From contig JAUNNH010000004.1 in NCBI GenBank assembly GCA_030531505.1, positions 71,584-135,583 on the forward strand: DNA of 64,000 nucleotides. Direction: 5' to 3'. The stretch is from Eubacteriales bacterium (GTDB lineage Bacteria > Bacillota > Clostridia > Oscillospirales > Oscillospiraceae). Shown here one piece after another: positions 1 to 10,715 of this stretch. The first letter of the stretch is position 1. Every line of letters starts with the position of its first letter. The translations under genes and the position numbers were made by a program. The notes under the pieces are model-generated. The model saw only the letters and a program-made list of their open reading frames with translations. It was not told the origin of the DNA and ran no database searches.

Positions 1-753
1 CAGGATCAGCTGGCTTTTAACGAATACGGGCTGGCCGACCCCAGCGCCTTCCACGTCATACTGCCGGTCTATATCCTGATCTGTGCGCTGGTGTTCCGGC
101 ATTTCGTAAAGCGCTACGACAAGCAGAAGCTCGTCGTGCCGGAGAGCTTTCACGCGGCCTTTCACAACGAGGGAAGGCTGTACAGTCTGCTGCGCTGGGT
201 CATCGGGGGCCTGATGTCCGTCGGCGGGCTCGTGCTGCTGATGACCTCGGAGCTCGACAAATATGCGGGGATGCTTCGAGTCCTGTCGATCGTGGCGATC
301 CTCGCGGGCGTGAGCTTCACGGCGCTGACGACGCTGGCCAACCGGGAGGACGCCAAGCCCAACCTGCTCTGCCTGCTCGCCTTCGTGCCGATCTTCCTCT
401 ATGCGACCTGGCTGGTGTACTGCTATCGGGCCAACTCCATCAACAGCGTGATCTGGGCCTACGTGGTGGAGGTCGGGACCGTCATCATGGCGATGATCGG
501 CTTTTTCCGCATCGCGGGCTTTCCCTTCAACGCGCCCAAGCCCTGGCGCTGCCTCTTTGACATCATGTTCGCCGGTATGCTCTGTCTCCTCTCCCTCGCG
601 GATGAGCGGTATATGGGCATGCACCTCATCCTCTTCTCCTCGGCACTCATGTTCCTCTTCTACAACTGGGTGCTGATCTGCAACATGCAGCAGGCTGCCG
701 AGCCGAAGGAAGAGAAGCAGGAAATTGCAGAGGACGGCTTCGAGCATCTCTGA
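1..753 (+). CDS. multi-pass membrane protein of unknown function (5' end probably outside window)
   Basis: The frame of the listed 91..753 ORF stays open back to base 1. It has several long hydrophobic segments and is followed by the hairpin at 771-816. Confidence 0.6.
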   Translation, partial: QDQLAFNEYGLADPSAFHVILPVYILICALVFRHFVKRYDKQKLVVPESFHAAFHNEGRLYSLLRWVIGGLMSVGGLVLLMTSELDKYAGMLRVLSIVAILAGVSFTALTTLANREDAKPNLLCLLAFVPIFLYATWLVYCYRANSINSVIWAYVVEVGTVIMAMIGFFRIAGFPFNAPKPWRCLFDIMFAGMLCLLSLADERYMGMHLILFSSALMFLFYNWVLICNMQQAAEPKEEKQEIAEDGFEHL

Positions 754-770
754 TATTAAAAAACAACAAC

Positions 771-816
771 AAAAGAAAACGCCGCACGATCGTTTGTGAT
801 CGTGCGGCGTTTTTGC
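771..816. terminator. bidirectional rho-independent terminator between convergent genes
   Basis: An 11-bp stem gccgcacgatc/gatcgtgcggc (781-791/798-808) is flanked by an A-run upstream and gttttt downstream. Confidence 0.75.
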
Positions 817-822
817 GGCTGT

Positions 823-1665
823 TCAGGGCATCGTATCCAGCATGTCGGTAAAGCGCGTGCGCGCCTTGATAAGCTCGGCTTTCCAATCGGGGAGCGTCTT
901 GTCGTACCAGAACTCGGTCACGAACCGGCGCACGCCCAGACCCCAGACCGCCTCAATGGCGGCAGGGAAGTCAACATGGCCCTCGCCGTAGGGGATCTCG
1001 CGGAAGACGCCGGGCCGGGTCTCCTTGAGGTGGAAGGCGAGGATGTGGCCGCGGCCCAGCCGGAGATCGGCCACAGGATCGCTCCCGTACTCGACGGCGG
1101 CGTTGGTGGTGTTGCCGATATCGGGGTAGAGCTGCACGTAGGGGGAGGCGAAGGTCTCGACCCAGCGCATGCCCTTCTCCACCGTGTTCATAAAGGCGTT
1201 CTCCATCGTCTCGAAGCCGATGGGCGTGCCGTACTGCGCGGCGAGGAGCTTGAGCTCGTCGATCGCCTCGGTGAAGCGGCGCACGGTCTCCGGTGTGGAG
1301 GTCCCGAAATACACGTCGTAGCCGGGGAACATCACGACGCGCACGCCGAGATCCGCCGCCAGCGCCAGCGCGCGGCGCGCGATATCCCGCCCGCGCTCCC
1401 GGATCGCGTCGTCCTCGTCACCGAGGGCGTACTTCGTCAGGGCGCTCACATTCATCGTGCGCAGCGGCATCCCGGTTTCCCAGAGGAGATCGCGCAGCGC
1501 CTGCCGTTCGGCGCGGTCCATATAGACCCGGCCGATCTTCTCCTCGCTCGCGTCGATGCTGATTTCCACGAAGTCGTAGCCCGCCTCCTTCGCGGCCGCG
1601 AGCTTTTCCGGCCAGCTCAGCTCGGGCATGGCCTTTTCGTATAAGCCTATCTCGTACGGTCTCAT
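823..1665 (-). CDS. L-ribulose-5-phosphate 3-epimerase / L-xylulose-5-P 3-epimerase family (UlaE/SgbU-like TIM barrel)
   Basis: It aligns along its full length by eye with E. coli UlaE (IGLYEKAMP, GYDFVEISID, LYPDIGN, HLKETRPGVFREIPYGEGHVDF). Confidence 0.85.
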   Translation of the reverse strand: MRPYEIGLYEKAMPELSWPEKLAAAKEAGYDFVEISIDASEEKIGRVYMDRAERQALRDLLWETGMPLRTMNVSALTKYALGDEDDAIRERGRDIARRALALAADLGVRVVMFPGYDVYFGTSTPETVRRFTEAIDELKLLAAQYGTPIGFETMENAFMNTVEKGMRWVETFASPYVQLYPDIGNTTNAAVEYGSDPVADLRLGRGHILAFHLKETRPGVFREIPYGEGHVDFPAAIEAVWGLGVRRFVTEFWYDKTLPDWKAELIKARTRFTDMLDTMP

Positions 1666-3197
1666 GTGCCCTCCTCGATCAGCGCCTGCAGGTCGTCCCA
1701 GAGCCCGTCAAGCTGCTCCAGCGTACGCCGGTACAGGCGGTATTTCCGGTCGTAGATCCCGGTCACGGCCGTATTCGGCTCGTAGCGGTGCGCCACCCCG
1801 GTCATCGCGGCGACGGCGGTATCCAGGTCGGGATACTCCCCGGTGGCGACGGCGGCGGTGATCGCACAGCCCAGCGCGCCGGTCTCTCCGGCGGCGACGG
1901 TCTCGACCGGGAGCTTCATGATGTCCGCGAACATCTGCGCCCAGACTGCCGAGCGGGCGGCGCCGCCGGCCAGCCGGATGCAGCGGGGAGGCGCTTCCCG
2001 CGTCCGCAGCAGCTTTTCGAGATGCCAGCGGTGGCCGAAAGCGATCCCCTCGTAGACCGCGCGGGCGAGCTGCTCGCGCCCGCAGCTCAGCGAAAGGCCG
2101 ACGAAACTGCCCCGCGCGTTGGGATGAACATTCGAACCCATGACGAAAGGCAGGAACACCGGCACAAATTCCTCCGGCGGGATGCTGCCCACCCATTCGT
2201 TGAGAATCTCGTAGATGCTCGTCCCCTGTGCCTCAGCCTGCTGGCGCAGCTCGGGCAGGAGCGTGCGCACGAACCATTCGTTGTTGCCGGCGGAGGTCGG
2301 GGAGGATTCCTCGATCAGGTAATACTCCGGCAGGCAGAAGAGGGAATTCATCAGCACCGTTCCGTCCGTCACCGGCTCGCGGCGGATATACTCGTTGATG
2401 GACCAGGTGCCCGCGATCATGCACAGCATGTCGGGATCCGTGACGCCGGCGGCGATCGCGCAGGCGTTGATGTCGAACATGCCGCCGATGACCGGCGTAC
2501 CGGGCAGCAGCCCGCAGCACGCCGCGGCCTCCTCTGTCACACCGCCGCAGAGATCCGCGCCGAGACAGAGGGGCGGGAGCGCGTCTGCGATCTCTTCCAG
2601 CCCGAAGAGCGCCAGCAGCGCCGGGTCATAGGCGCGCGTATGCAGATTCAGAAGATTCGCGCCGGAGTAATCGGTGAGCTCGGCCTGCGCCTTACCCGTC
2701 AGGCGGAAGCGCACATAGTCCTTGCACTCGAAGACCCAGCGGATGTTGTGATAGCTCTCCGGCTCGTTGTCCCGCAGCCAGGCGAGCAGAGCGGGCGGCT
2801 GGCAGGCCAGGATGTGCTGGGCGGAGAGGGCGAAAACCTTTTCCTCCGTCCCGTCGGAGGCCCAGCGCAGGGGATAGGCGTAGGCGCGGTTGTCCGTGGA
2901 GATGATGCCGTTGCGCGCGGGCCGGTCGTCTTTCCCCCAGAGGTAGAGGCCTTTGCCGTGGCCGGTGATGCCCACACCCGCGACATCGGCGGGGTCGACG
3001 CCGGTCTTTTTCAGCACATCGCGCAGTACAGCGCAGTTGGCTTCCCACATCTCCTCCATGTCCCGCTCGACAAAGCCGGGCATGGGTGTGATGGAGCGCG
3101 TGGCGACCAGCGCCTTGCCCAGCTCCCGGCCCTTTGCGTCGAAGAGAGCGGCCTTGGTGGTCGTGCCGCCGTTATCCAGTCCGATAAAATAATGCAT
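1662..3197 (-). CDS. FGGY-family carbohydrate kinase (xylulokinase / L-xylulose-3-keto-gulonate kinase-like)
   Basis: The N-terminus YFIGLDNGGTTTKAALFD is the FGGY phosphate-1 motif and the 511-aa length fits. A 4-nt overlap with the downstream epimerase indicates an operon. Confidence 0.85.
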   Translation of the reverse strand: MHYFIGLDNGGTTTKAALFDAKGRELGKALVATRSITPMPGFVERDMEEMWEANCAVLRDVLKKTGVDPADVAGVGITGHGKGLYLWGKDDRPARNGIISTDNRAYAYPLRWASDGTEEKVFALSAQHILACQPPALLAWLRDNEPESYHNIRWVFECKDYVRFRLTGKAQAELTDYSGANLLNLHTRAYDPALLALFGLEEIADALPPLCLGADLCGGVTEEAAACCGLLPGTPVIGGMFDINACAIAAGVTDPDMLCMIAGTWSINEYIRREPVTDGTVLMNSLFCLPEYYLIEESSPTSAGNNEWFVRTLLPELRQQAEAQGTSIYEILNEWVGSIPPEEFVPVFLPFVMGSNVHPNARGSFVGLSLSCGREQLARAVYEGIAFGHRWHLEKLLRTREAPPRCIRLAGGAARSAVWAQMFADIMKLPVETVAAGETGALGCAITAAVATGEYPDLDTAVAAMTGVAHRYEPNTAVTGIYDRKYRLYRRTLEQLDGLWDDLQALIEEGT

Positions 3198-3206
3198 GGC
3201 AGCTCC

Positions 3207-4130
3207 TCACAGCTCGAGCCCGGCGAGCTCGAAGCATTTGGTCAGAAAATGACGGGCCAGCTCCTCTTTGTGCCAGAGGTCGTTGCCCTTGTGGCCGAGG
3301 ATCTCCACCGAGGCCCAGACGAAGTCCTTGCCGACAGGCGTGTCGAAGGAGGCGGCCTTTTTCAGGATCTGTGCGCCGACCTCCGGCGTCAGGAAGCCTT
3401 CGGTCGTCCAATCGGGGCCGTGGGCGCAGTCCATATGCAGATCCCCGAAGCAGGGGTGAGCCGGATCGGTGATGCAGTCACAGAGATGGATCTGACTCAT
3501 AAAGGGCGCGCAGCACTCGAGGGAGTACATCAGATCGATGTAGCCCAGAGCTTCATGCGCGCTGTCCCAGTGCAGGAAGGCGTTGGGATGCGCCTCGTGG
3601 ATGGGACGGAACCACTCGACCACCTCGGGCATCGGCCCGACCAGGGCCTTTTTGGAGGTGTAACGGTCCAGTGGCTCAAGCGTCACATACATGCCGAGCC
3701 GCCCGCAGAAATCCGCGATCGCGGCGACACCCTCGGCCTCGTACTTCATGGCCTCGGTGCGGCGCTCCGGTCCGGGATCTTTCCCGCTCGGCACGCCGAA
3801 GGTGCGGTAGCCTGCGTCCGCGGCATATTCGGCGTGGCGCTTGGCGACATTCAGCGAGAGTTCACGGACCTCAGGATCGAGGTCGCAGAGGGCGAGCCCG
3901 TCGGCGTTGAAATAGGGGGCGACGTAGGTCAGCGCGGCGAGGTGATGCTCCTCCAGCAGGCGGCGCACCGTGCGGCGGTTCTCCGCGTCGGCGAAGGTGG
4001 GCAGCTCCACATGGCGGTAAAAGTCCTTGGCGGCGACCTTCTCCAGCACGTCGATCAGGCGCTTCTCGTCACGCAGATAGGGCATGAACATCTCCAGGAT
4101 ATGGCAGGATGGATAGATTCGCTGGGACAT
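3207..4130 (-). CDS. sugar phosphate isomerase/epimerase (xylose-isomerase-like TIM barrel)
   Basis: This is the ORF 3207..4202, with the start moved to the internal ATG at 4128-4130, which has an AAGGAGG SD 7 nt upstream. Composition and length are typical of AP-endonuclease-2/xylose-isomerase-like barrels. Confidence 0.7.
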   Translation of the reverse strand: MSQRIYPSCHILEMFMPYLRDEKRLIDVLEKVAAKDFYRHVELPTFADAENRRTVRRLLEEHHLAALTYVAPYFNADGLALCDLDPEVRELSLNVAKRHAEYAADAGYRTFGVPSGKDPGPERRTEAMKYEAEGVAAIADFCGRLGMYVTLEPLDRYTSKKALVGPMPEVVEWFRPIHEAHPNAFLHWDSAHEALGYIDLMYSLECCAPFMSQIHLCDCITDPAHPCFGDLHMDCAHGPDWTTEGFLTPEVGAQILKKAASFDTPVGKDFVWASVEILGHKGNDLWHKEELARHFLTKCFELAGLEL

Positions 4131-4218
4131 AGGCGTGCCTCCTTCTCGATTTATGTTGGGTTCAGTTATATCTATTGTGGCATATCCCATGCCGTTTTTC
4201 AAGCGGGAAACGGCACGT

Positions 4219-5130
<912 letters not shown>

Positions 5131-5142
5131 AGTGACCTCCGT

Positions 5143-5721
5143 TTATAGATCGGTTTTCAGTTTATCCAGTGCCCAGGCCATGATGTGCACGGCCTGCTCG
5201 AAGCCGCCGCTGCGGATACGCTCCTCGAGCTCGGCGGGCGTGAGTGCGAGGACATTCAGGAATTCCGTGTCGTCCAGGTGCTGCCGTCCGGCGGGGCGGC
5301 AGTTCCGGGCGCGGTAGACCCAGGCCCAGTTGTCGGCCATCGTCGCCTGCGACGGGACGGTGATCAGCGCCTCCCAGTCGTCGGAGACGTAGCCGGTCTC
5401 CTCCGTGAGCTCGCGTCTGGCGGCGAGGAGCGGGTCCTCCTGCTCGCTGCCGTCCGGGCCGTACTGTTTTCCGCCGGGGCGGTCGATGCCGCCGGCCGGG
5501 AACTCCGTTGTGACCTTGCCGAGCCCGGGACGGAACTGCCGCACGCAGAGATAACGCCCCTGCTCATCAGTCGCAACGATGACGACATAGTTTTTCCGGC
5601 TGTAGGTGTAGTAGGGCGGGCTGAGCGTCCCGTCGGGCATGGTGTAATACACCTCACGCAGGTCGATCCACCTGTTCTCGACGAAGTGCTTTGTCTCCGT
5701 TTCCCGAAACTCCAGTTCCAT
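5143..5721 (-). CDS. NUDIX hydrolase (ADP-ribose pyrophosphatase-like)
   Basis: A Nudix box is present (GGIDRPG...LLAARRELTEETGY). I use the internal ATG at 5719-5721 (MELEFRE), because the upstream 47 codons are Arg/Trp/Cys-rich and overlap the GH5 gene. Confidence 0.75.
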   Translation of the reverse strand: MELEFRETETKHFVENRWIDLREVYYTMPDGTLSPPYYTYSRKNYVVIVATDEQGRYLCVRQFRPGLGKVTTEFPAGGIDRPGGKQYGPDGSEQEDPLLAARRELTEETGYVSDDWEALITVPSQATMADNWAWVYRARNCRPAGRQHLDDTEFLNVLALTPAELEERIRSGGFEQAVHIMAWALDKLKTDL

Positions 5722-5731
5722 GCTTCCCTCC

Positions 5732-6799
5732 TTACAGCAGCGCCAGCAGCCGCTCGCGCACACCGTCCAGCCGCTTGTCGGCCAGACCGAAGTCCATGGC
5801 CCGGTAGCTCCAGGCCGCACGGCCGATCCCGCAGCGTTCAAAGGCCTCGTGGATACAGGCATACCAGCGCAGCTGATCCTCCGGCGCGGCGCGGTCGATC
5901 ACGCCGTACTCGCCGCAGTAGAGCCCCGCTCCCCGCTCTCCGGCCACACGCACGGCTTCGGCGAAGCGCTCCGCGAAGTATTCCGCGTCAAGCCGCCCCG
6001 CCGGGTCGAGCCCGTCGAAGGAGGCGTGCCAGTGCTTCAGTTCCCGGCGCGAGCAGGCTTCCATCTCCCCGTAGCTCGTATCCGCAGAGAGGCGGAAATC
6101 CAGGTCCATCCCGGGGATCCAGTAGGCGCCCTGATGGGTGAAGATCAGCGGCTCGTAGCAGTGGAAGGTATAGACGATATTTCCGTCCGGCGGCGACAGG
6201 AGATCCGGCAGCGCCTCGATGCTGTTGTTCCAGTAGCCGCCGACGAGGATCTTCACCGTCGGCGCAATGGCGCGGATGCGCGCGATGCACGCCGCGGCGA
6301 TACGGTTCCAGGCGGCACAGTAGCGCTGCTCCGTCACCTCATTGAGCAGCTCGAAGGAGAGCGTGTCGGCATAACGCCCGAAGCGCCGTGCAAACTCCTC
6401 CCAAAGCCGGTAGAAGCGCTCTTGCAGCGCCGCGTCCTCAAAGAAGCCGCACTCGTGCTCCCCGGCGTCGAAGGAAAAGCCGCAGGTTTTGTGCAGGTCG
6501 AGGATCATGTTGAGCCCGCAGTCCCGGCTCCAGTCGATCGCCCGCTGGATATAGGCGAAGCCCTCCTCCCGCCGGGCGCCCTGCGCATCCTCGACGAGCT
6601 CATAGTCCACCGGGACGCGGATGTGGTCGAGCCCCCAGTCCCGGATCCTGTGGATATCCTCTTCGCCGATAAAGGTCTCATAGCGCTCCCGCGTGTGCGG
6701 GCACTGGGACAGCCAGCCGCCCAGATTGACCCCGCGCGTATAGCCCGTCCAAATCGTTATGCGGATCTCTCCTTTGCACGTGACCGTATTCTTTATCAT
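5732..6799 (-). CDS. glycoside hydrolase family 5 (cellulase/endoglucanase-like), cytoplasmic (no signal peptide seen)
   Basis: GVNLGGWLS is present and FELLNEV carries the acid/base Glu in the NE motif. The start at 6799 has AAGGATG 7 nt upstream; an alternative start is 6826. Confidence 0.75.
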   Translation of the reverse strand: MIKNTVTCKGEIRITIWTGYTRGVNLGGWLSQCPHTRERYETFIGEEDIHRIRDWGLDHIRVPVDYELVEDAQGARREEGFAYIQRAIDWSRDCGLNMILDLHKTCGFSFDAGEHECGFFEDAALQERFYRLWEEFARRFGRYADTLSFELLNEVTEQRYCAAWNRIAAACIARIRAIAPTVKILVGGYWNNSIEALPDLLSPPDGNIVYTFHCYEPLIFTHQGAYWIPGMDLDFRLSADTSYGEMEACSRRELKHWHASFDGLDPAGRLDAEYFAERFAEAVRVAGERGAGLYCGEYGVIDRAAPEDQLRWYACIHEAFERCGIGRAAWSYRAMDFGLADKRLDGVRERLLALL

Positions 6800-6991
6800 T
6801 ATATCATCCTTTATGTCTGCTTGCAATCGGGAACAGAACGCCAGCTGGGGGTGCAGCCCCGTGATGAGCCGTCCGGCGAGTCCCCGGGCCTATGACCGCA
6901 GGAAAGCACGAAAGGGATCGCAGGACGATCCTTTCGTGCTTTCCTTTTTCCCGCATATCCGCGCCTCGCCGCGCGTAGAATACGGAGAAGC

Positions 6992-7837
6992 CTATTTTTT
7001 CAGCTCGCCCGGACGAAAGCCGAAACTCTCGCGAAAGGCCCGGTGGAACACCGAGTAGTCGTTGAAGCCGCACTCGACCGCGGCCTGCTGCACGGGCACG
7101 CCCTCGCGGATGAGCCGCGCGGCGCAGAGCAGCCGCTTTTGCCGCACATAGGCATGCACGGTGCTGCCGGTCTGGCTCTTGAAGAGCCGCATGAAGTGAT
7201 AACGGCTGAGGTAGACCCGCTCCGCCAGCGCGTCGACGGAGAGATCGCCCGCGAGGTTCTCGTTGATGATGGAGAGGGCGAGGCGGATCTTCTCGTCGTA
7301 GGGCTTGTCGGTCGCGGCGGCGGTGTCGCCCGTGTCGGCGGAGAGACGGTTGATGACGATGAGAAGCTGCATGATGAGCGTGTCGCGCATGGCCTCGGCG
7401 CCGTAGCGGGCGTCCCGCTGTGCCTCCTCGCAGGCCTGCAGCAGGGCGGTGATCTCCCGGTGCTGCTCCTCGTCCGGCAGCAGCAGGCAGCGGCTCGTGC
7501 TGTCGGCGCGCTTGAAACAGTCGGACAGTCCCGCAGAGGGCAGGGCGCGCTCAAAATAGGGGGTGTCGAGATAGAGGATGATGCGCTCATAGGGCTCGGA
7601 AACGTCGATGATCGCGCGGTGGATCGCGTGATGGCGCACCAGCAGCACCGACCCGGGCTTGAGTGTATAGCGCACATCCTCCACCACGTAGTCCACCTTG
7701 CCTGAAAGCAGCAGCACGATCTTGTCAAACTCGTGGAAGTGATAACTGCCCTCCTGCCCGGCGGTGTCTTTCAGATGGAAATAATGGCAGGCCTCGTTCA
7801 GATATCCCGTCCGCTGAAAGGACCGCTTTTCCTCCAT
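6992..7837 (-). CDS. AraC-family transcriptional regulator (cupin sensor + HTH)
   Basis: The C-terminal dual HTH (YLSRYHFMRLFKSQTGSTVHAYV...GFNDYSVFHRAFRESFG) is typical of AraC/XylS. Confidence 0.85.
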   Translation of the reverse strand: MEEKRSFQRTGYLNEACHYFHLKDTAGQEGSYHFHEFDKIVLLLSGKVDYVVEDVRYTLKPGSVLLVRHHAIHRAIIDVSEPYERIILYLDTPYFERALPSAGLSDCFKRADSTSRCLLLPDEEQHREITALLQACEEAQRDARYGAEAMRDTLIMQLLIVINRLSADTGDTAAATDKPYDEKIRLALSIINENLAGDLSVDALAERVYLSRYHFMRLFKSQTGSTVHAYVRQKRLLCAARLIREGVPVQQAAVECGFNDYSVFHRAFRESFGFRPGELKK

Positions 7838-7979
7838 GAACCCACCTCCCGCACTTTTACGCTTTATCCAAAAGAAGCATACAGCACTTTTTGCAAACTT
7901 TCAAGCAGAAAATGCAATTTACGGTGTAAAATATTTCGATATAATGTAATGCAGAAACTTTGACAGGGAGGCAAGATCC

Positions 7980-9221
7980 ATGAAGCCCAACAACTTCCTG
8001 AAGAACAACTGGTTCTTCTTCACCATGATCCTCGGCATCGTCCTCGGCACAGGCGTCGGGGTTGCGTGGCCCGGCGCCTCTGCGCTCGAGCCGCTCGGCA
8101 CGCTCTTCATCAACATGATGTTCTGCGTGGTCGTCCCGATGGTCTTCTTCTCCATCTCCTCGTCCATCGCGAACATGAAAAGCGCCAAGCGCGCCGGCAA
8201 GCTGATGGGCACGACGGTCATCACCTTCATGTGCACCACGATCATCGCCTCGGTCATCATGTATGTTATCGTGCGCTTTGTCCCGGTCTACACCGGCGAG
8301 CCGGCCTTTGAGCCGGGCGCCTCCGAGCCTATGAGCGCGGGCGCCATGATCGTCGGCTTCTTCACCAAGGCCGACTTCCCCGAGCTTTGGAGCCGCCGCT
8401 CCATCCTCCAGCTCATCATCGCGGGCATCTTCTTCGGCTTCGGCGTGCAGATGTGCGGCGGGCCCGAGACTAAGGTCGCGGCCCTGCTTGAGGAGATCAC
8501 CAACGTCCTCATGAAGGTCATCAAGCTCATCAGCTTCTACGCCCCCATCGGCTTCTTCGGCTTCTTCGCCGCGCTCGTCGCCGCCCACGGCGCCGACTTC
8601 GTCTCCAGCTATGCCCGCGCGATCATCCTCTACTACATTGTCGCCTTCGCCTACATGTTCCTCTGCTTCCCGCTCTATGCCCGCTTCGGCGGCGGCAAGG
8701 GCGCGGTGAAGGTGATGTTCCAGCATCTGTTCCGCCCCGCGGCGGTCGCCTTCGGCACCTGCTCCTCGGTCGCGACGATCCCCACCAACATGGAGGTCTC
8801 CGAGGACACCGGCATCTCCAAGGACGTGACCGACATTGTCCTGCCCATGGGCGCCACCATGAACATGGACGGCTCCGGCATGAGCGCAATCATCAAGGTC
8901 GCCTTCCTCTTCGGCATGTTCGGCAAGGACTTCGCCACGACCGACGCGCTGCTCGCGATCGTCGTTGCGACGATCTCCTCCGTGGCCATGTCCGGCATCC
9001 CCGGCGGCGGCGGCACCGGCGAGCTGGTGCTCTGCTCGCTCTTCTTCCCGGAGCAGCTGGCGGTGGCCTTCCCCATCGCGCAGGCAATCGGCGACCTGGT
9101 CGATCCTCCCGCCACGATGGTCAACGCGGCCGGCGACTATGTGGCCTCCTTCATCGTCTCCCGCTACAACGACGGCAAGGATTGGCTGCAGAAGCACCTC
9201 AGCGCCAAGAGTCAGAGCTGA
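7980..9221 (+). CDS. dicarboxylate/amino acid:cation symporter (DAACS family)
   Basis: It is multi-TM and carries the SSVATIP and NMDGSG motifs characteristic of GltP/SstT-type carriers. Confidence 0.85.
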   Translation: MKPNNFLKNNWFFFTMILGIVLGTGVGVAWPGASALEPLGTLFINMMFCVVVPMVFFSISSSIANMKSAKRAGKLMGTTVITFMCTTIIASVIMYVIVRFVPVYTGEPAFEPGASEPMSAGAMIVGFFTKADFPELWSRRSILQLIIAGIFFGFGVQMCGGPETKVAALLEEITNVLMKVIKLISFYAPIGFFGFFAALVAAHGADFVSSYARAIILYYIVAFAYMFLCFPLYARFGGGKGAVKVMFQHLFRPAAVAFGTCSSVATIPTNMEVSEDTGISKDVTDIVLPMGATMNMDGSGMSAIIKVAFLFGMFGKDFATTDALLAIVVATISSVAMSGIPGGGGTGELVLCSLFFPEQLAVAFPIAQAIGDLVDPPATMVNAAGDYVASFIVSRYNDGKDWLQKHLSAKSQS

Positions 9222-9222
9222 C

Positions 9223-10047
9223 ATGCACGGCTGCGTCATGCACGGCGCGGGCAACTCCTTCGTTCTGATCGAACTGCCGCGCGGTGAAAACGACACGGGC
9301 GAGGACCTGAGCGTCCTCGCCCGGCGCTTATGTGCGCGCTTTGGCGTGGACGGGCTGATCGCCGTACAGCCGGAGGCGCCCGGCGCGGATTTCGGGATGC
9401 TCTTCTATAACGCCGACGGCTCGAGCGGTGAAATGTGCGGCAACGGAGCACGCTGCCTCGCGCGCTACGGTGTGGAGCACGGTCTCGCGCCGAATCCCGA
9501 GGATATCCGCATCCTCGCCACGGCGGGGCTTGTCCGCGCGCGGCGCATCACGCGCGAGCAGTACGAGGTCCGGCTGAACGATCCCTCCGTGATCGACCTG
9601 TGCCGCAAGGCCCCGGTCCCCGGCGGTACGGAGGACTGCGCCTACACCGAGCTCGGCAAACCCGGCATCCCCCACGCGGTCGTAGAGGTCTCACCCGAAG
9701 CCTTCGAGGACCTCGACGCACTGCGGGAGCGCGGGCGCGCGCTGCGGAACAGCCCGGCTTTTCCGCGCGGGGCGAATGTGAGCTTTGTGTCCCGGACTGG
9801 TGAGAACACCGTCCGGGCGATCACCTTCGAGCGAGGGGTGGAGGACTTTACGCGCGCCTGCGGCACGGGCTGCGGCGCGATCGCGCTCACACAGATCCTC
9901 GCGGGCAGGCTCCCCGAGGGCCCGGTGGCGATCGCCATGCCGGGCGGGGAGCTGCGCGTCACACTTCGGCGAACGGGTGACTCTGCGACCGACATCCTGC
10001 TCACCGGACCCACGGCGGTGGTCGAGGAAGGAAATTACGAACCGTAA
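9223..10047 (+). CDS. dapF: diaminopimelate epimerase
   Basis: MHGAGNSFVLI and both catalytic Cys contexts (MCGNGARC and ACGTGCGA) are present. The start is taken at the ATG at 9223, in frame inside the longer listed ORF 8965..10047, which overlaps the transporter. Confidence 0.88.
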   Translation: MHGCVMHGAGNSFVLIELPRGENDTGEDLSVLARRLCARFGVDGLIAVQPEAPGADFGMLFYNADGSSGEMCGNGARCLARYGVEHGLAPNPEDIRILATAGLVRARRITREQYEVRLNDPSVIDLCRKAPVPGGTEDCAYTELGKPGIPHAVVEVSPEAFEDLDALRERGRALRNSPAFPRGANVSFVSRTGENTVRAITFERGVEDFTRACGTGCGAIALTQILAGRLPEGPVAIAMPGGELRVTLRRTGDSATDILLTGPTAVVEEGNYEP

Positions 10048-10049
10048 AA

Positions 10050-10089
10050 CCGAAAGACCGGTGATCCGACAGGATCACCGGTCTTTCGG
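10050..10089. terminator. bidirectional terminator hairpin (18-bp stem)
   Basis: The stem is ccgaaagaccggtgatcc/ggatcaccggtctttcgg with a gaca loop. It lies between convergent dapF and the DUF296 gene and overlaps the last codons of the latter. Confidence 0.7.
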
Positions 10090-10512
10090 ATAGATGTGGT
10101 TGATGCCCTTCTCGGTCAGATGGCGGTGGATGTCCAGCCCAAGCAGCTCCTGGATCACGAGCTCGCCGAGATAGAGAATGCGGCAGCCCTCCAGCAGATG
10201 GCCGGCATAGGCGCCGTGGCGATCCGAGATCGTGCAGTGCAGGTGCGGCTGCCCGTCGCAGATAAAGCCCTCGACGCTGACCACCTCAAGGGGCACGTCC
10301 GTTTTTTCGTCGATGTAGACGTCCGAAGGGTAGCCCGTGGTGGAGATCATATGCAGGCGCGAGCGGTCGAAGGTGGCGATCCCGCTGACGACGACGGCGT
10401 TCTCGATTCCCTCTTCCCGGATCAGCTGCTCGACGCTCCCGAGCAGATCCTCTCCCTGCACGAGCTTGACGATAAAGGTCCGCCCGACGCGGTCGGACAC
10501 AAAGTGTTCCAT
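10075..10512 (-). CDS. PPC (DUF296) domain protein
   Basis: From the internal start the protein reads MEHFVSDRVGRTFIVKLVQGEDLLGSVEQLIREEGI..., the typical PPC/DUF296 N-terminus. The internal ATG at 10510-10512 is preferred. Confidence 0.7.
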   Translation of the reverse strand: MEHFVSDRVGRTFIVKLVQGEDLLGSVEQLIREEGIENAVVVSGIATFDRSRLHMISTTGYPSDVYIDEKTDVPLEVVSVEGFICDGQPHLHCTISDRHGAYAGHLLEGCRILYLGELVIQELLGLDIHRHLTEKGINHIYPKDR

Positions 10513-10715
10513 GCCCATCCCTCCCTGTGTGGTGTGGCACCAGTATAACAGCATCCCGCCGGCAGGGCAAGCGCCCGCCATACGGAAGATCGCGATTCGG
10601 TGCTTGAGCTGTCCGGAATATTATGCTATACTTATTCCAAACTCTGCAGAGAAAAAGGAAACGCCGCGCGCCCGAAAGCCGGGCGACGCAGTTCGTTCCC
10701 GAAGGAGGATATGCC

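Noticed and set aside
6895-6950. The hairpin ggaaagcacgaaagg.../...cctttcgtgctttcc between araC and the GH5 gene, considered as a riboswitch or attenuator.
   Set aside because: It is a single perfect hairpin with a T-run only on the plus strand, and I recognise no conserved riboswitch motif. It is most simply a terminator or insulator after araC, and I cannot support more.
8965-9222. N-terminal extension of dapF back to 8965; similar long N-terminal extensions at 5722..5862, 10513..10581, 10623..10715, 15668..15793, 19166..19294, 20780..20857, 31456..31587 and 36272..36310.
   Set aside because: The extensions overlap the preceding gene or have non-protein-like composition. Internal ATG/GTG codons with good SD sequences coincide with the conserved N-termini of the families.
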